A stretch of DNA of 64,000 nt from assembly GCA_030697205.1 (NCBI GenBank), contig JAUYQP010000049.1, forward strand, positions 69,623 to 133,622, in the 5' to 3' direction. The notes beneath the pieces are model-generated. The model worked only from the letters and a program-made list of their open reading frames with translations, did no database searches and was not told the origin of the DNA. The DNA is from Mycobacteriales bacterium. GTDB lineage: Bacteria > Actinomycetota > Actinomycetes > Mycobacteriales > SCTD01. Shown here in pieces: positions 37,631-49,057 of the stretch. Position 1 is the first letter of the stretch. Every line of letters starts with the position of its first letter. The translations under genes were made by a program, and so were the position numbers.

Positions 37631-38050
37631 TCAACGACCTCGTCGGGAGCGGCTGCCCCGGACGCGGCGCACGAGCGCGACGACGTGGCCCGACAGGGCG
37701 ATGCCCAGCGCCATCCACGCGGTCGGGTCGTGCGGGCCGAAGGGCTCGCCCGGCAGCATCGACAGGCCCAGGGCCAACACCACGATCGCCCCCGCGACGA
37801 TGGCGCCGACCGACGCGTCGAGCAGTGGTGCGACGAGCAGCGGCGCCCCGCCGGCGCGTCGCCGCGCGCGGTCGCTCCAGACCAGGTCGGCCACGGCGCC
37901 GACGACGGTCTCGGCGGTGAGCCGTAGCACGGAGACGCCGTGGGCCCGCGCCTCGTGGACGTGGCTCGCGACCTCGGCCTGCCGTCGCCCGGCCTCCTGC
38001 TCGGGCACGAGTGACGTGTAGGTGCGGCACCAGGCCTCGCTCAGCGTCAC
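37631..38050 (-). CDS. PadR-associated membrane protein (hypothetical)
   Basis: ~139 aa from GTG 38050, with GTGA overlap on the PadR stop. Cytoplasmic N-terminal helix region followed by 2 TM helices. Confidence 0.55.
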   Translation of the reverse strand: MTLSEAWCRTYTSLVPEQEAGRRQAEVASHVHEARAHGVSVLRLTAETVVGAVADLVWSDRARRRAGGAPLLVAPLLDASVGAIVAGAIVVLALGLSMLPGEPFGPHDPTAWMALGIALSGHVVALVRRVRGSRSRRGR

Positions 38051-38382
38051 GACGTCGCCAGCTGTCGTGCGGGTGCGGTCGCTGGCGCCTCCGCGCGGGC
38101 AGCGGCGAGGGCGGTCCGACCCGCGGCGCTCACCTGGTAGAGCCGTCGCAGCGGCCGGCCGAGGGTCGCGGCATCGCCCTGCTCCCAGGCGCTCGTCACC
38201 AGGTCGCCGCGCTCCAACCGGTCGAGCGCCTTGTAGAGCGTGCCGTGACCGAGCAGGGTGCGGCCACCGTGAGCGGCGAGCTCCTGCGCGAGCGCGAAGC
38301 CGTGCAGGTCGGGGGTGCCGCACAGCGCGTCGAGGACGTCGAGCTCCAGCGGGAGCAGCACACCTGCGCGACGACGGGGCAC
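38047..38382 (-). CDS. PadR family transcriptional regulator
   Basis: 111 aa from GTG 38382. Contains LELDVLDAL...GFALAQEL...GTLYKALDRLERGDLV...RRLYQVS. Confidence 0.85.
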   Translation of the reverse strand: MPRRRAGVLLPLELDVLDALCGTPDLHGFALAQELAAHGGRTLLGHGTLYKALDRLERGDLVTSAWEQGDAATLGRPLRRLYQVSAAGRTALAAARAEAPATAPARQLATS

Positions 38383-38445
38383 GTCGCGAAGGGTATCCCT
38401 GCGGCAGGAGTTGATCGAGCCGTTGCAGCACAGCATGATCACGAC

Positions 38446-39045
38446 ATGGCCGAGCTGCGGTGCGCCGACGACTCGGTGCTCGGTGTGCACCCGGTGCCGG
38501 TGCGCGACCGCGACGGGGTGCCCTACGAGGTGACGCTGCGGCTCACCCGCGACGGCATGCCCTTCGGCGAGGTCGGCGAGCGCTGCGGCTACTTCCTCGC
38601 CGCGAGTGCCGCGCGACTGCGGCGCGCGGTCGGAGGCTTCCCCGACAGCAGTGTCGAGGCGGGGGTGCGGGCGTGGGCGCGCGATGTCGCCGTCGACCCG
38701 GACGCGACCTGGGCGTCGCTGTCGCGCTACCTGCCGCGCGACCGCGAGCTGTTCGCCTTCCGCTCGCGCGACCCCGACGACCTCACCGCCGTCGGCGAGC
38801 TGCGGGTGCGCCTCGAGGTCGTGCGGCACTGGTCGGGTGGGTTCGGCAGCGACCCGGGCACCTGGGACCTGCAGCACTGCGCGGTCGTCGAGGCGTGGGG
38901 CACCGGTGGCACCGGGGTCCGCGCGGCTGTGGGCGTACCCGAGCTGCTCGCGTTCCTCGAGCAGCTCATGCAGGAGTTCGCCGACGTCGGGGCGTGCTAC
39001 GACCCCAGCGACGACGCCTCGGTGCTGCGCCGGCCCGTGGGCTGA
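38446..39045 (+). CDS. Hypothetical protein
   Basis: 199 aa from ATG 38446, divergent from the PadR gene. High GC3. No family recognised. The 596-aa minus-strand ORF over it is an antisense shadow. Confidence 0.5.
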   Translation: MAELRCADDSVLGVHPVPVRDRDGVPYEVTLRLTRDGMPFGEVGERCGYFLAASAARLRRAVGGFPDSSVEAGVRAWARDVAVDPDATWASLSRYLPRDRELFAFRSRDPDDLTAVGELRVRLEVVRHWSGGFGSDPGTWDLQHCAVVEAWGTGGTGVRAAVGVPELLAFLEQLMQEFADVGACYDPSDDASVLRRPVG

Positions 39046-39126
39046 CACAGCACCCGCACATGAGCGGCACGTGGGGAGGGGTCCCTGGTCGGTACTGTCG
39101 GGGCCGGTCCGGCGAGAGGAGGCGAC

Positions 39127-39897
39127 GTGGGTCTGCGCGACGTGGTCTACGGCGTCTACGAGCGACGGCTCGCCGACACCCTGACCCGTCAGGGCGCCCC
39201 CGTCCCGCGCCACGTCGGCGTCATCCTCGACGGCAACCGGCGGTGGGCGAAGTCCGTCGGCACGACCGCCAAGGCCGGTCACCAGGCCGGCGCGGACAAG
39301 ATCGCCGATCTGCTCGGCTGGTGTGACGAGGCGGGCGTCGAGCTGGTCACGCTGTGGCTGCTGTCGACCGACAACCTCAACCGCCCCGAGGGCGAGCTCG
39401 CCCAGCTGCTGCGCATCATCGAGGGCGTCGTCAGCGACCTCGCCCGCCCCGAGAACCGCTGGACCCTCAACGTCGTCGGTGCCCTCGACCTGCTGCCCGA
39501 CGAGACCGCGGCGCGGCTCAAGGAGTCGGCGGCCGGGACGGCCGGTCGACCGGGCGTCGAGGTCAACGTCGCGATCGGCTACGGCGGGCGCCGCGAGATC
39601 GCCGACGCGGTCCGCGCGATGCTGCAGGCCCACGCCGCGGCCGGGTCCACCCTCGAACAGGTCGCCGACGTCCTCGACGTCGAGCACATCGCCGAGCACC
39701 TGTACACCCGCGGCCAACCCGACCCCGACCTCGTCATCCGCACCAGCGGCGAGCAGCGGCTGTCGGGCTTTTTGCTCTGGCAGAGCGCGCACTCGGAGTT
39801 CTACTTCTGCGACGCCTACTGGCCGGACTTCCGCCACGTCGACTTCCTGCGGGCCCTGCGCGCCTATGCCGCTCGCCAGCGCCGCTTCGGCACCTGA
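39127..39897 (+). CDS. Z-isoprenyl diphosphate synthase (UppS family, short-chain Rv1086-like by position)
   Basis: 256 aa. Motifs [22 protein letters not shown] and EFYF. Chain-length assignment rests on synteny only. Confidence 0.88.
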   Translation: MGLRDVVYGVYERRLADTLTRQGAPVPRHVGVILDGNRRWAKSVGTTAKAGHQAGADKIADLLGWCDEAGVELVTLWLLSTDNLNRPEGELAQLLRIIEGVVSDLARPENRWTLNVVGALDLLPDETAARLKESAAGTAGRPGVEVNVAIGYGGRREIADAVRAMLQAHAAAGSTLEQVADVLDVEHIAEHLYTRGQPDPDLVIRTSGEQRLSGFLLWQSAHSEFYFCDAYWPDFRHVDFLRALRAYAARQRRFGT

Positions 39898-39944
39898 CCC
39901 GCAACGCCGACGAAACCGCTCCCGGCGTACCCCTCCCTGCTCTT

Positions 39945-39989
39945 ACGTCCGCTCGGGCCTGGCGTGGACGGGTCCGGTCGAGCGGACGT
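39945..39989. terminator. Hairpin with 11-bp arms (ACGTCCGCTCG / CGAGCGGACGT) and a 23-nt loop
   Basis: Lies 48 bp downstream of the prenyl synthase stop, inside the 289-bp gap before phoH2. Confidence 0.4.
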
Positions 39990-40186
39990 CACGCGATGTT
40001 CACGCCGGTCACCCGTCATGCCCGCGTGTCGGTCCCACCCCCGCGGTCGGGCGCGCCTACCGTCGAGGTCAGCGGCAGGCACTCCGCCGGCCGCTCGGGA
40101 GGCCCGGTTGCGAGCAGTCGCACGGAAGGGGCCGCGACCCGGCCCTGTGGCCCGGTCCCGGTCGACACTCCGCTGGGGGCTGTGAC

Positions 40187-41506
40187 GTGACCGCACGCGC
40201 TTCGAAGACCGCCACGACCGGTACGACGGCCGACCGCACGACCTACGTCCTCGACACCTCGGTCCTGCTGTCGGACCCCCAGGCGATCGGCCGCTTCGCC
40301 GAGCACGAGGTGGTGCTGCCCCTGGTGGTCATCACCGAGCTCGAGGGCAAGCGTGACCACCCGGAGCTCGGGTGGTTCGCCCGGCAGGCGCTGCGGCTGC
40401 TCGACGACCTGCGCATCGAGCACGGCCGGCTCGACCAGCCGCTGCCCAACGGTGACGGCACCCTGCGCGTCGAGCTCAACCACACTGACAGCTCGGTGCT
40501 GCCCGCCGGCTTCCGGGTCGCCGAGAACGACACCCGCATCCTCGCCGTCGCCGCCAACCTCGCCGCCGAGGGCGCCGACGTCGTCCTCGTCTCCAAGGAC
40601 CTGCCGCTGCGGGTCAAGGCCGCCTCGATCGGGCTGGTCGCGCAGGAGTACCGCGCGGAGCTCGCCGTCGACACCGGCTGGACCGGCATGACGGAGCTGA
40701 CCGTCGCCGCGGCCGACCTCGACCACCTCTACGAGACCGGCTCGCTCGACCTCGCCGAGGCCCGCGAGCTCCCCACCCACACCGGCCTCGTCCTGCTGTC
40801 CGAGCGCGGCTCCGGCCTCGGCCGGGTCGCCCCGGACAAGAGCGTCCGGCTGGTCCGCGGCGACCGCGACGCGTTCGGGGTCCACGGCCGCTCCGCCGAG
40901 CAGCGGATCGCGATCGAGCTGCTCCTCGACCCCGAGGTCGGCATCGTCTCCCTCGGCGGCCGGGCCGGCACCGGCAAGTCGGCGCTCGCGCTGTGCGCCG
41001 GCCTCGAGTCGGTGCTCGAGCGCCGCGCCCACAAGAAGGTCGTCGTCTTCCGGCCGCTCTACGCCGTCGGCGGCCAGGAGCTCGGCTACCTCCCCGGCGA
41101 CTCCGCCGAGAAGATGGGCCCCTGGGCTCAGGCGGTCTTCGACACCCTCGGCGCGCTCGTCGCCCCCGAGGTCGTCGAAGAGGTCCTCGCCCGCGGCCTG
41201 CTCGAGGTCCTGCCGCTCACCCACATCCGCGGCCGCTCGCTGCACGACGCGTTCGTCATCGTCGACGAGGCGCAGTCGCTCGAGCGTGGTGTCCTGCTCA
41301 CCGTCCTGTCGCGGCTCGGCCAGGGCTCGCGGGTCGTGCTCACCCACGACGTCGCGCAGCGCGACAACCTGCGGGTCGGCCGCCACGACGGCGTGGCCGC
41401 GGTCATCGAGTCGCTCAAGGGGCACCCGCTGTTCGCCCACGTCACGCTGACCCGGTCCGAGCGCTCCGCGATCGCGGCGCTGGTCACCGACCTGCTGGAG
41501 AGATAG
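40187..41506 (+). CDS. phoH2: PhoH2 (PIN-domain RNase fused to a PhoH ATPase)
   Basis: 439 aa from GTG 40187. N-terminal PIN (YVLDTSVLL...ITELEG...NDTRIL) and a Walker A motif, GRAGTGKS. Confidence 0.9.
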   Translation: MTARASKTATTGTTADRTTYVLDTSVLLSDPQAIGRFAEHEVVLPLVVITELEGKRDHPELGWFARQALRLLDDLRIEHGRLDQPLPNGDGTLRVELNHTDSSVLPAGFRVAENDTRILAVAANLAAEGADVVLVSKDLPLRVKAASIGLVAQEYRAELAVDTGWTGMTELTVAAADLDHLYETGSLDLAEARELPTHTGLVLLSERGSGLGRVAPDKSVRLVRGDRDAFGVHGRSAEQRIAIELLLDPEVGIVSLGGRAGTGKSALALCAGLESVLERRAHKKVVVFRPLYAVGGQELGYLPGDSAEKMGPWAQAVFDTLGALVAPEVVEEVLARGLLEVLPLTHIRGRSLHDAFVIVDEAQSLERGVLLTVLSRLGQGSRVVLTHDVAQRDNLRVGRHDGVAAVIESLKGHPLFAHVTLTRSERSAIAALVTDLLER

Positions 41507-41530
41507 GGCGTAAGCCGGTCCCGGCGCGGT

Positions 41531-41553
41531 CCCGCCTGCTCAGCGCAGGCGGG
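41531..41553 (+). terminator. Stem-loop CCCGCCTGC-TCAGC-GCAGGCGGG after phoH2
   Basis: 9-bp GC stem 25 bp after the stop. No U-tract. Confidence 0.45.
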
Positions 41554-41663
41554 GCGCTGCATCTGACAATCCTTGGTTCCTCTTGAGGAGGTGCGCGAGG
41601 ATCGGGGACGAACCACGTTCTGCAGGGTGAGGCGCGGCCGAGAGGTCGCCCGCGAGCCCCGGG

Positions 41664-41699
41664 GGCCCGCTCCTTCCTGCTGGGTGGAAGGAGCGGGCC
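41664..41699. terminator. Stem-loop GGCCCGCTCCTTCC-TGCTGGGT-GGAAGGAGCGGGCC
   Basis: 14-bp perfect stem 34 bp beyond the fumC stop, followed by TTCC on the + strand. Confidence 0.5.
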
Positions 41700-41732
41700 T
41701 TCCGGCGTACGCACCCCTCGGTCGGGAGGGGG

Positions 41733-43118
41733 TCAGGCCCGGCCGGTCATGCGCAGCAGGTCGAGGGCGTCGTCGAGCTCGGCCTCGGTGAGGGTCGCGG
41801 GCACATGCCCACGCGCGATCACCGTCTCGCGGATCGTCCGCCGCTCGGCCAGGGCCTGCTTGGCGACTTTCGCCGCCTCCTCGTACCCGAGCCAGCGGTT
41901 CAGCGGCGTCACGATGCTCGGGCTGCCCGCGGCCAGCTCGTAGCAGCGGTCCACGTCGGCCACGATCCCGTCGACGCAGCGGTCGGCGAGCAGTCGGGTG
42001 GAGGTGCTCAGCAGGCGCAGGCTCTCGAGCAGGCAGCGGGCCATCACCGGCATCGCGACGTTGAGCTCGAAGGCCCCGCTGGCGCCCGCCGCCGTCACCG
42101 TCGCGTCGTGGCCGACGACCTGCATGCAGACCATGAGCACGGCCTCGGGCACGACCGGGTTGACCTTGCCCGGCATGATGCTGCTGCCCGGCTGCAGGTC
42201 CGGCAGGTGCACCTCGCCGAGCCCGGCCCGCGGCCCCGAGCCCATCCAGCGCAGGTCGTTGCAGACCTTGGTGAGGCTCACCGCGAGCACCTTGAGCTGG
42301 CCCATCGTCTCGACGAGCGCGTCGCGCGCCCCCTGCGCCTCGAAGTGGTCGCGCGCCTCGGTCAGCGGCAGTCCGGTCGCGCGCGCCAGCTCCGCGATCG
42401 CGCCGGCGGCGAAGCCGGGCGGGGTGTTGATCCCCGTCCCGACCGCCGTCCCACCGAGCGGCAGCTCGCACAACCGGGGGAGTACGCCGGACAGGCGCTC
42501 CCCGGCGTACCTCATCTGTGCGGCGTAGCCGCTCATCTCCTGGCCCAGGGTCACCGGGGTGGCGTCCATGAGGTGGGTGCGGCCGGCCTTGACGACGTCG
42601 GCGAGCTCCGCGGCCTTGCGGGTCAGGGAGGCCTCGAGGTGGGCGAGCGCCGGGAGCAGGTCGCGGGTGAGGGCGGTCGCGGCGGCGACGTGGATGCTCG
42701 TGGGGAAGACGTCGTTGCTGCTCTGGCTCGCGTTGACGTGGTCGTTGGGGTGGACGGGGCGGCCGAGCGCGCGGGTGGCGAGGGTGGCGATGACCTCGTT
42801 GGCGTTCATGTTGCTCGAGGTGCCGCTGCCGGTCTGGAAGACGTCGACCGGGAAGTGCGCGTCGTGGACGCCGGTCGCGACCTCGTCGGCAGCGGTCGCG
42901 ATGGCGGCGGCGGTCTCGGCGTCGAGGACGGCCAGCTCGGCGTTGGTGCGGGCGGCGGCGGCCTTGACCCGGGCGAGTGCCTCGAGGTGGGCGCGCTCGA
43001 GGCGCAGACCGCTGACGGGGAAGTTGTCGATCGCGCGCTGTGTGGAGGCCCCCCACAGGGCGTCCGCCGGGACCTGCACCTCACCCATCGTGTCGTGCTC
43101 CGTGCGCATCTGCGTCAT
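41733..43118 (-). CDS. fumC: Class II fumarate hydratase
   Basis: 461 aa. [11 protein letters not shown] signature. N-terminus [26 protein letters not shown]. Confidence 0.97.
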   Translation of the reverse strand: MTQMRTEHDTMGEVQVPADALWGASTQRAIDNFPVSGLRLERAHLEALARVKAAAARTNAELAVLDAETAAAIATAADEVATGVHDAHFPVDVFQTGSGTSSNMNANEVIATLATRALGRPVHPNDHVNASQSSNDVFPTSIHVAAATALTRDLLPALAHLEASLTRKAAELADVVKAGRTHLMDATPVTLGQEMSGYAAQMRYAGERLSGVLPRLCELPLGGTAVGTGINTPPGFAAGAIAELARATGLPLTEARDHFEAQGARDALVETMGQLKVLAVSLTKVCNDLRWMGSGPRAGLGEVHLPDLQPGSSIMPGKVNPVVPEAVLMVCMQVVGHDATVTAAGASGAFELNVAMPVMARCLLESLRLLSTSTRLLADRCVDGIVADVDRCYELAAGSPSIVTPLNRWLGYEEAAKVAKQALAERRTIRETVIARGHVPATLTEAELDDALDLLRMTGRA

Positions 43119-43130
43119 GGTCCTGATCCT

Positions 43131-43165
43131 CCCCCACCCCTCCCACCCCTTCCTTGCCCCTCCCC
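43131..43165 (-). other. G-quadruplex-forming motif on the fumC sense strand
   Basis: Minus strand reads GGGGAGGGGCAAGGAAGGGGTGGGAGGGGTGGGGG: six runs of 3 or more G with loops of 1-7 nt. It ends 12 nt before the fumC ATG and merges into the GGAGGA RBS. Confidence 0.7.
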
Positions 43166-43172
43166 TGTCGCT

Positions 43173-43218
43173 ACGTCATAACCCTTGAGCGGGGGCATCT
43201 CCTGAGCTGCTATGACGT
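43173..43218. repeat. Single hairpin element, family C in inverted orientation (copy D)
   Basis: Arms ACGTCATA / TATGACGT. The reverse complement of the loop matches the family C loop core CTCAGGAGA-GCCC-CGCTCA-GGG at ~22/25 positions. Confidence 0.65.
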
Positions 43219-43220
43219 CA

Positions 43221-43279
43221 CGGGGCGCACGGCCGGGTCGTCCACAGTTGCGACGGGGCGCCGGCCACGTCGTCCACAG
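43221..43279. repeat. Imperfect 26-27-bp direct repeat upstream of the DUF559 gene
   Basis: CGGGGCGCACGGCCGGGTCGTCCACAG and CGGGGCGCCGGCCACGTCGTCCACAG, separated by 6 nt. Confidence 0.5.
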
Positions 43280-43305
43280 GGGCGCCTGCAGGGGGTGCTC
43301 GGTGG

Positions 43306-44259
43306 GTGTCTTATGTCGGCGTGTCCGTGTCCCTCCTCCTCGAGTCCTCGCTGCGACGCGCTCGCCGGATCGCGCAGGACCAGGCCCTCATCGCGCATCG
43401 CCGGCAGCTCTACGCCGCGGGCGTGGCCCGCTGGGTGGTGCGTCGTGAGCTGAGGGCGGGGCGATGGCAGCGGACCGGGCGATCGACCCTGGCGCTGCAC
43501 AACGGACCGCTCGATGTCGGGGCTCGTCGCTGGGTGGCCGTCCTGGAGTCAGGCCCGCGGGCCGCCTTGTCGGGGGTCAGCGCGCTCCAGCACGAAGGCA
43601 TCGACGCCCTGACCGACGACGCGATCCACATCGCGGTCCCCCACGGCGCGGAGCGTCGCCGGCTGCCGGGGGTGGTGCGTCACGAGACGAGGCGGCTGCG
43701 CGAGCAGGACCTCGTCACGACCGGGTTGAGGCGCACCACTCCCGCCGTGTCGGCGGTCTTCGCGGCGCTGTGGGCAGTCACGGAGCGCCAAGCGGTCTTC
43801 TTCCTCGTGCTGCCGGTGCAGCAGGGCCGGTGCACAGCAGCGCACCTGGCCGAAGCTCTCGAGCGGGTACGCCGACATCGGTTCCGCGCGGCCCTCTGGC
43901 GCGCCGTGGCCGACATCGCCGAGGGGGCTCGCAGCGTCGGCGAGCTCGACATCGGCCGCGCGCTCGCTCGACGAGGTCTCCCGCGCCCCGACCGTCAGGT
44001 CAAGCGCTCCCGCCCCGACGGCACGGTCTTCCTCGACCTGGCCTGGGACGTCTGGGGCCTCACCCTCGAGGTCGACGGAGTCCAGCACGACCTGCCGTGG
44101 ATGCAGCTGTCGGACACCTTGCGCGACCTCGGCACCCTCGCGGAGGGCAAGGTCGTGATGCGGGTGCCACTGCTTGCCTGGCGGCTCGACGAGGCTCGCG
44201 TGCTCGATGGGGTGGAGGCCGTGTTCCGCTCACGCGGCTGGGCTCCTGCTGCCGCATGA
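43306..44259 (+). CDS. DUF559 / restriction-endonuclease-like domain protein (actinobacterial hypothetical)
   Basis: 317 aa. N-terminal wHTH-like region (RRELRAGRWQR) and a C-terminal Vsr/DUF559-like block (FLDLAWDVWGLTLEVDG...RDL). The start is uncertain. Confidence 0.65.
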   Translation: MSYVGVSVSLLLESSLRRARRIAQDQALIAHRRQLYAAGVARWVVRRELRAGRWQRTGRSTLALHNGPLDVGARRWVAVLESGPRAALSGVSALQHEGIDALTDDAIHIAVPHGAERRRLPGVVRHETRRLREQDLVTTGLRRTTPAVSAVFAALWAVTERQAVFFLVLPVQQGRCTAAHLAEALERVRRHRFRAALWRAVADIAEGARSVGELDIGRALARRGLPRPDRQVKRSRPDGTVFLDLAWDVWGLTLEVDGVQHDLPWMQLSDTLRDLGTLAEGKVVMRVPLLAWRLDEARVLDGVEAVFRSRGWAPAAA

Positions 44260-44311
44260 CGTCAGAGCGGCTGGCGAGCCGCACGCGCCAAGGCCTAGGA
44301 CGCAAGGGCCT

Positions 44312-45979
<1,668 letters not shown>

Positions 45980-46044
45980 GGCGGGGCTCCAGACGAGGTA
46001 CGACGGGACGTCCCGTCAGCCTAGGCACCCGTCGGGTCCGGTCG

Positions 46045-46175
46045 CCGTTGCGTCATCACCTCTCAGGAGACGCCCACGCTCACGGGCTATGACGCAACGG
46101 TCGTGCGCCTAGCCCCCGCCCGTTGCGTCATCACCTCTCAGGAGAGGCCCACGCTCACGGGCTATGACGCAAGGG
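46045..46175. repeat. Tandem pair of 56-bp hairpin (REP-like) elements, family C
   Basis: Units 46045-46100 and 46120-46175 (period 75 bp), 2 mismatches. 12-bp arms CCGTTGCGTCAT / ATGACGCAACGG around a 32-nt loop. Unit 2 overlaps the last codons and the stop of xthA. Confidence 0.85.
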
Positions 46176-46970
46176 TGAGAGGGTGAGGTCGACGACGACG
46201 GGGGCGTGGTCGCTCGGGCCGGTGCCCTTGCGGGCCTCGCGGTCGACCCAGGCGTCCTGCACGGTCACGCCGCCGTTGGCGTAGACGAGGTCGATGCGCA
46301 TCCCGTTGCCCTTGTGGAACATCCCGGCGCGGTAGTCCCAGTAGGTGAAGACCCGCCCCTTGGAGATGGTGGGTACGACGTCGCGCAGTCCCATCGACTG
46401 CAGGTCCGCGAGCGCCCGCCGCTCCGCCGGGGTGACGTGGGTGGAGGTCGTGAACAGCGACGGGTCCCACACGTCGTCGTCGGTCGGCGCGATGTTGAAG
46501 TCGCCCGCGACGACGAACGGGCCGGCGGCGACCTCGGGGGCCAGGGCGGTCCGCAGCGCGGAGAGCCAGGCCAGCTTGTAGTCGTAGTGCGGGTGACCGA
46601 GCTCGCGGCCGTTGGGGACGTAGAGCGACCAGATCCGCAGCCCGCCGCACGTCGCGCCGAGGGCCCGCGCCTCCACGACCGGGTCGGGCTGCAGCAGGGC
46701 GCCCTCGTCGGTGTTGGCGTAGCCGGGCTGCCCGGGGAAGGCCAGGGCCACGTCGTCCAACCCGACCCGGGACAGGATCGCCACGCCGTTCCACCGGCCG
46801 TCGCCGTTGTGGGCGACGGCGTAGCCGAGCTCGCCGACCGCGTTGGAGGGGAAGTCCGCGGTCTTGGTCTCCTGCAGGCAGACCACGTCAGGTGCGGTCT
46901 CCTCCAGCCAGGCCAGCAGCCGGGGGAGCCGGGCGCCGACGGAGTTGACGTTCCAGGTGGCGATCCGCAC
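46155..46970 (-). CDS. xthA: Exodeoxyribonuclease III
   Basis: 271 aa from GTG 46970 (VRIATWNVNS). Blocks CLQETK, GDFNIAP and SDHAPVVVDL. Confidence 0.9.
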   Translation of the reverse strand: MRIATWNVNSVGARLPRLLAWLEETAPDVVCLQETKTADFPSNAVGELGYAVAHNGDGRWNGVAILSRVGLDDVALAFPGQPGYANTDEGALLQPDPVVEARALGATCGGLRIWSLYVPNGRELGHPHYDYKLAWLSALRTALAPEVAAGPFVVAGDFNIAPTDDDVWDPSLFTTSTHVTPAERRALADLQSMGLRDVVPTISKGRVFTYWDYRAGMFHKGNGMRIDLVYANGGVTVQDAWVDREARKGTGPSDHAPVVVDLTLSPLRHSP

Positions 46971-46972
46971 CG

Positions 46973-48004
46973 CTAGCGGGCGTGCTCGAAGTCGATCGCG
47001 GAGTAGGCCCGCAGCTTGGTGAAGCGGTGCTCGGAGCGGACCCGGCGGATCGTGCCGGATCGTGAGCGCATGACGAGCGACTCCGTGGTCGCACCGCCGC
47101 CGCGGTAGCGGACGCCGTCGACGAGCTCGCCGTCGGTGATGCCGGTCGCCACGAAGAAGACGTTGTCGCTGCGGACCAGGTCGTCGGTCGACAGGATCGC
47201 GTCGAGGTCGAGGCCGGCTTCGGCCGCGGCGGCGAACTCCGACTTCTTCTGCGGCCAGAGCTTGCCCTGGATGACGCCACCGAGGCACTTCACGGCGCAG
47301 GCCGTGATGATGCCCTCCGGGGTGCCGCCGATGCCGAGCAGCAGATCCACGCCCGTGCCCTCGGTGGTGGCCATCACCGCGCCCGCGACGTCGCCGTCGG
47401 AGATGAACTTGATGCGCGCGCCCGCGGCGCGCACCTCGTGGACGAGGTCCTCGTGGCGGGGTCGGTCGAGGATGCAGACGGTGACGTCCTCGACCGACAG
47501 GCCCTTGGCCTTCGCGACGGCCTGCACGTTGTAGGCGACCGGCGCGGTGATGTCGACCGCCCCTGCGGCGTCCGGGCCGGTGACGAGCTTCTCCATGTAG
47601 AACACGGCCGACGGGTCGTACATCGTGCCGCGCTCCGCGACGGCGAGCACGGCCAGCGCGTTGGGCATGCCCTTGCTCATCAGGGTGGTGCCGTCGATGG
47701 GGTCGACCGCGACGTCGCACTCGGGTCCGTCGCCGTTGCCGACCTCCTCGCCGTTGAACAGCATCGGCGCCTCGTCCTTCTCGCCCTCGCCGATGACGAC
47801 GACGCCCTTCATCGAGACGGTGCCGATGAGCTGGCGCATCGCGTCGACGGCCGCGCCGTCGCCGCCGTTCTTGTCACCGCGCCCGACCCAGCGCCCGGCG
47901 GCCATCGCGGCCGCCTCGGTCACGCGGACGAGCTCGAGGGCGAGGTTGCGGTCGGGCGCCTCTGCCCGGACGGAGAGCTCCGAGGGGACGTCGGGGGAGG
48001 TCAT
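46973..48004 (-). CDS. glpX: Class II fructose-1,6-bisphosphatase
   Basis: 343 aa. Blocks [17 protein letters not shown] and GIGGTPEG. Confidence 0.95.
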   Translation of the reverse strand: MTSPDVPSELSVRAEAPDRNLALELVRVTEAAAMAAGRWVGRGDKNGGDGAAVDAMRQLIGTVSMKGVVVIGEGEKDEAPMLFNGEEVGNGDGPECDVAVDPIDGTTLMSKGMPNALAVLAVAERGTMYDPSAVFYMEKLVTGPDAAGAVDITAPVAYNVQAVAKAKGLSVEDVTVCILDRPRHEDLVHEVRAAGARIKFISDGDVAGAVMATTEGTGVDLLLGIGGTPEGIITACAVKCLGGVIQGKLWPQKKSEFAAAAEAGLDLDAILSTDDLVRSDNVFFVATGITDGELVDGVRYRGGGATTESLVMRSRSGTIRRVRSEHRFTKLRAYSAIDFEHAR

Positions 48005-48013
48005 GACCCGAGC

Positions 48014-49057
48014 CTAGCCAGCGAAGGCCCCACCTACACCCGCCCCGTCCGCGACCACCTGCACCTCCACCGCCTTGAACGACGCCCACAGCTCGCCGCC
48101 GTCCCCGAGGCCCAGGGTGGCGGCCGCGACCGGGGTCACCTCGGCCACAACCGGCGGGGACGAGTCGAGGGTGACCCGGACCCTGCCGCCCAGGGACGTC
48201 ACGTCGGTCACCGGACCGCGCAGCCGGTTGCGGGCCGAGCCCTCCGGCTCGGTGCGGTGCAGCGACACCGCCGATGGCGCGACGAGCACGAGCGCCGGCG
48301 TCCCCGCCGGCAGCACCGGCTCGCCCACGACGACCCCCGGGCCCACCGCGACCCCCACCCCGTCGGACACGCCCCGCCACGCGTTGAGCCCCATCAGCCC
48401 CGCCACCCACGCGGTCCTCGGCCGCCGGGCGACCTCGGCCACCGCGTCGTCCTGCACGACCGCGCCGTCCTCCAGCACGACCACCCGGTCAGCGAGGGCG
48501 AGCGCGTCGACCGGGTCGTGGGTGACGACCAGCGCAGGGGCGGGCCCGCCGGACAGGGCGGCGCGCAGCACCCGGCGTACGTCTGCTCGGGTCGTCGCGT
48601 CCAGCGCGGCCAGCGGCTCGTCGAGCAGGACCAGCCGGGGGGCGGTGACGAGCGCGCGGGCCAGCGCGACCCGGGCGGCCTGGCCGCCCGACAGCTGCGC
48701 CGGCCGCCGGTCCGCGAGGTCGGCGATCCCGAGCCCCTCGAGCGCGCGCAGCGCCCGACCGCGCCGGTCGCGACCGCGCAGCCCGTAGGCGACGTTGTCG
48801 CGCGCGGACAGGTGCGGGAAGAGCAGGCCGCCCTGCGCGACCCAGCCGATGCCGCGCCGCTCCGGGGGCAGGCCCGCGACGTCGACTCCGTCGAGCAGCA
48901 CCGGTCCGGTCGCGGGCGCGAGGCCGGCGAGGCCGCGCAGCAGGGTCGTCTTGCCGGCACCGTTCGGGCCGACCAGCGCGACCACCTCCCCGGGCTCGGC
49001 GGCCACCGATGCGCGCACCGTGAACGCCCCCGCCCGGACCTCGACCGTCGCCCTCAT
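48014..49057 (-). CDS. modC: Molybdate ABC transporter ATP-binding protein
   Basis: 347 aa from ATG 49057. Walker A GPNGAGKTT, LSGGQ signature, and a C-terminal TOBE-like domain. Confidence 0.88.
   Translation of the reverse strand: MRATVEVRAGAFTVRASVAAEPGEVVALVGPNGAGKTTLLRGLAGLAPATGPVLLDGVDVAGLPPERRGIGWVAQGGLLFPHLSARDNVAYGLRGRDRRGRALRALEGLGIADLADRRPAQLSGGQAARVALARALVTAPRLVLLDEPLAALDATTRADVRRVLRAALSGGPAPALVVTHDPVDALALADRVVVLEDGAVVQDDAVAEVARRPRTAWVAGLMGLNAWRGVSDGVGVAVGPGVVVGEPVLPAGTPALVLVAPSAVSLHRTEPEGSARNRLRGPVTDVTSLGGRVRVTLDSSPPVVAEVTPVAAATLGLGDGGELWASFKAVEVQVVADGAGVGGAFAG

Noticed and set aside
38047-39837. 596-aa minus-strand ORF
   Set aside because: Only the last 111 codons (the PadR gene) are real. 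The remainder is antisense to the prenyl diphosphate synthase gene and the hypothetical gene at 38446-39045.
41573-41791. 72-aa + strand ORF in the phoH2-fumC spacer
   Set aside because: It has a TTG start without an RBS and an Arg/Gly-rich product. It runs through two terminator-like hairpins and into antisense fumC. A non-coding role is more likely.
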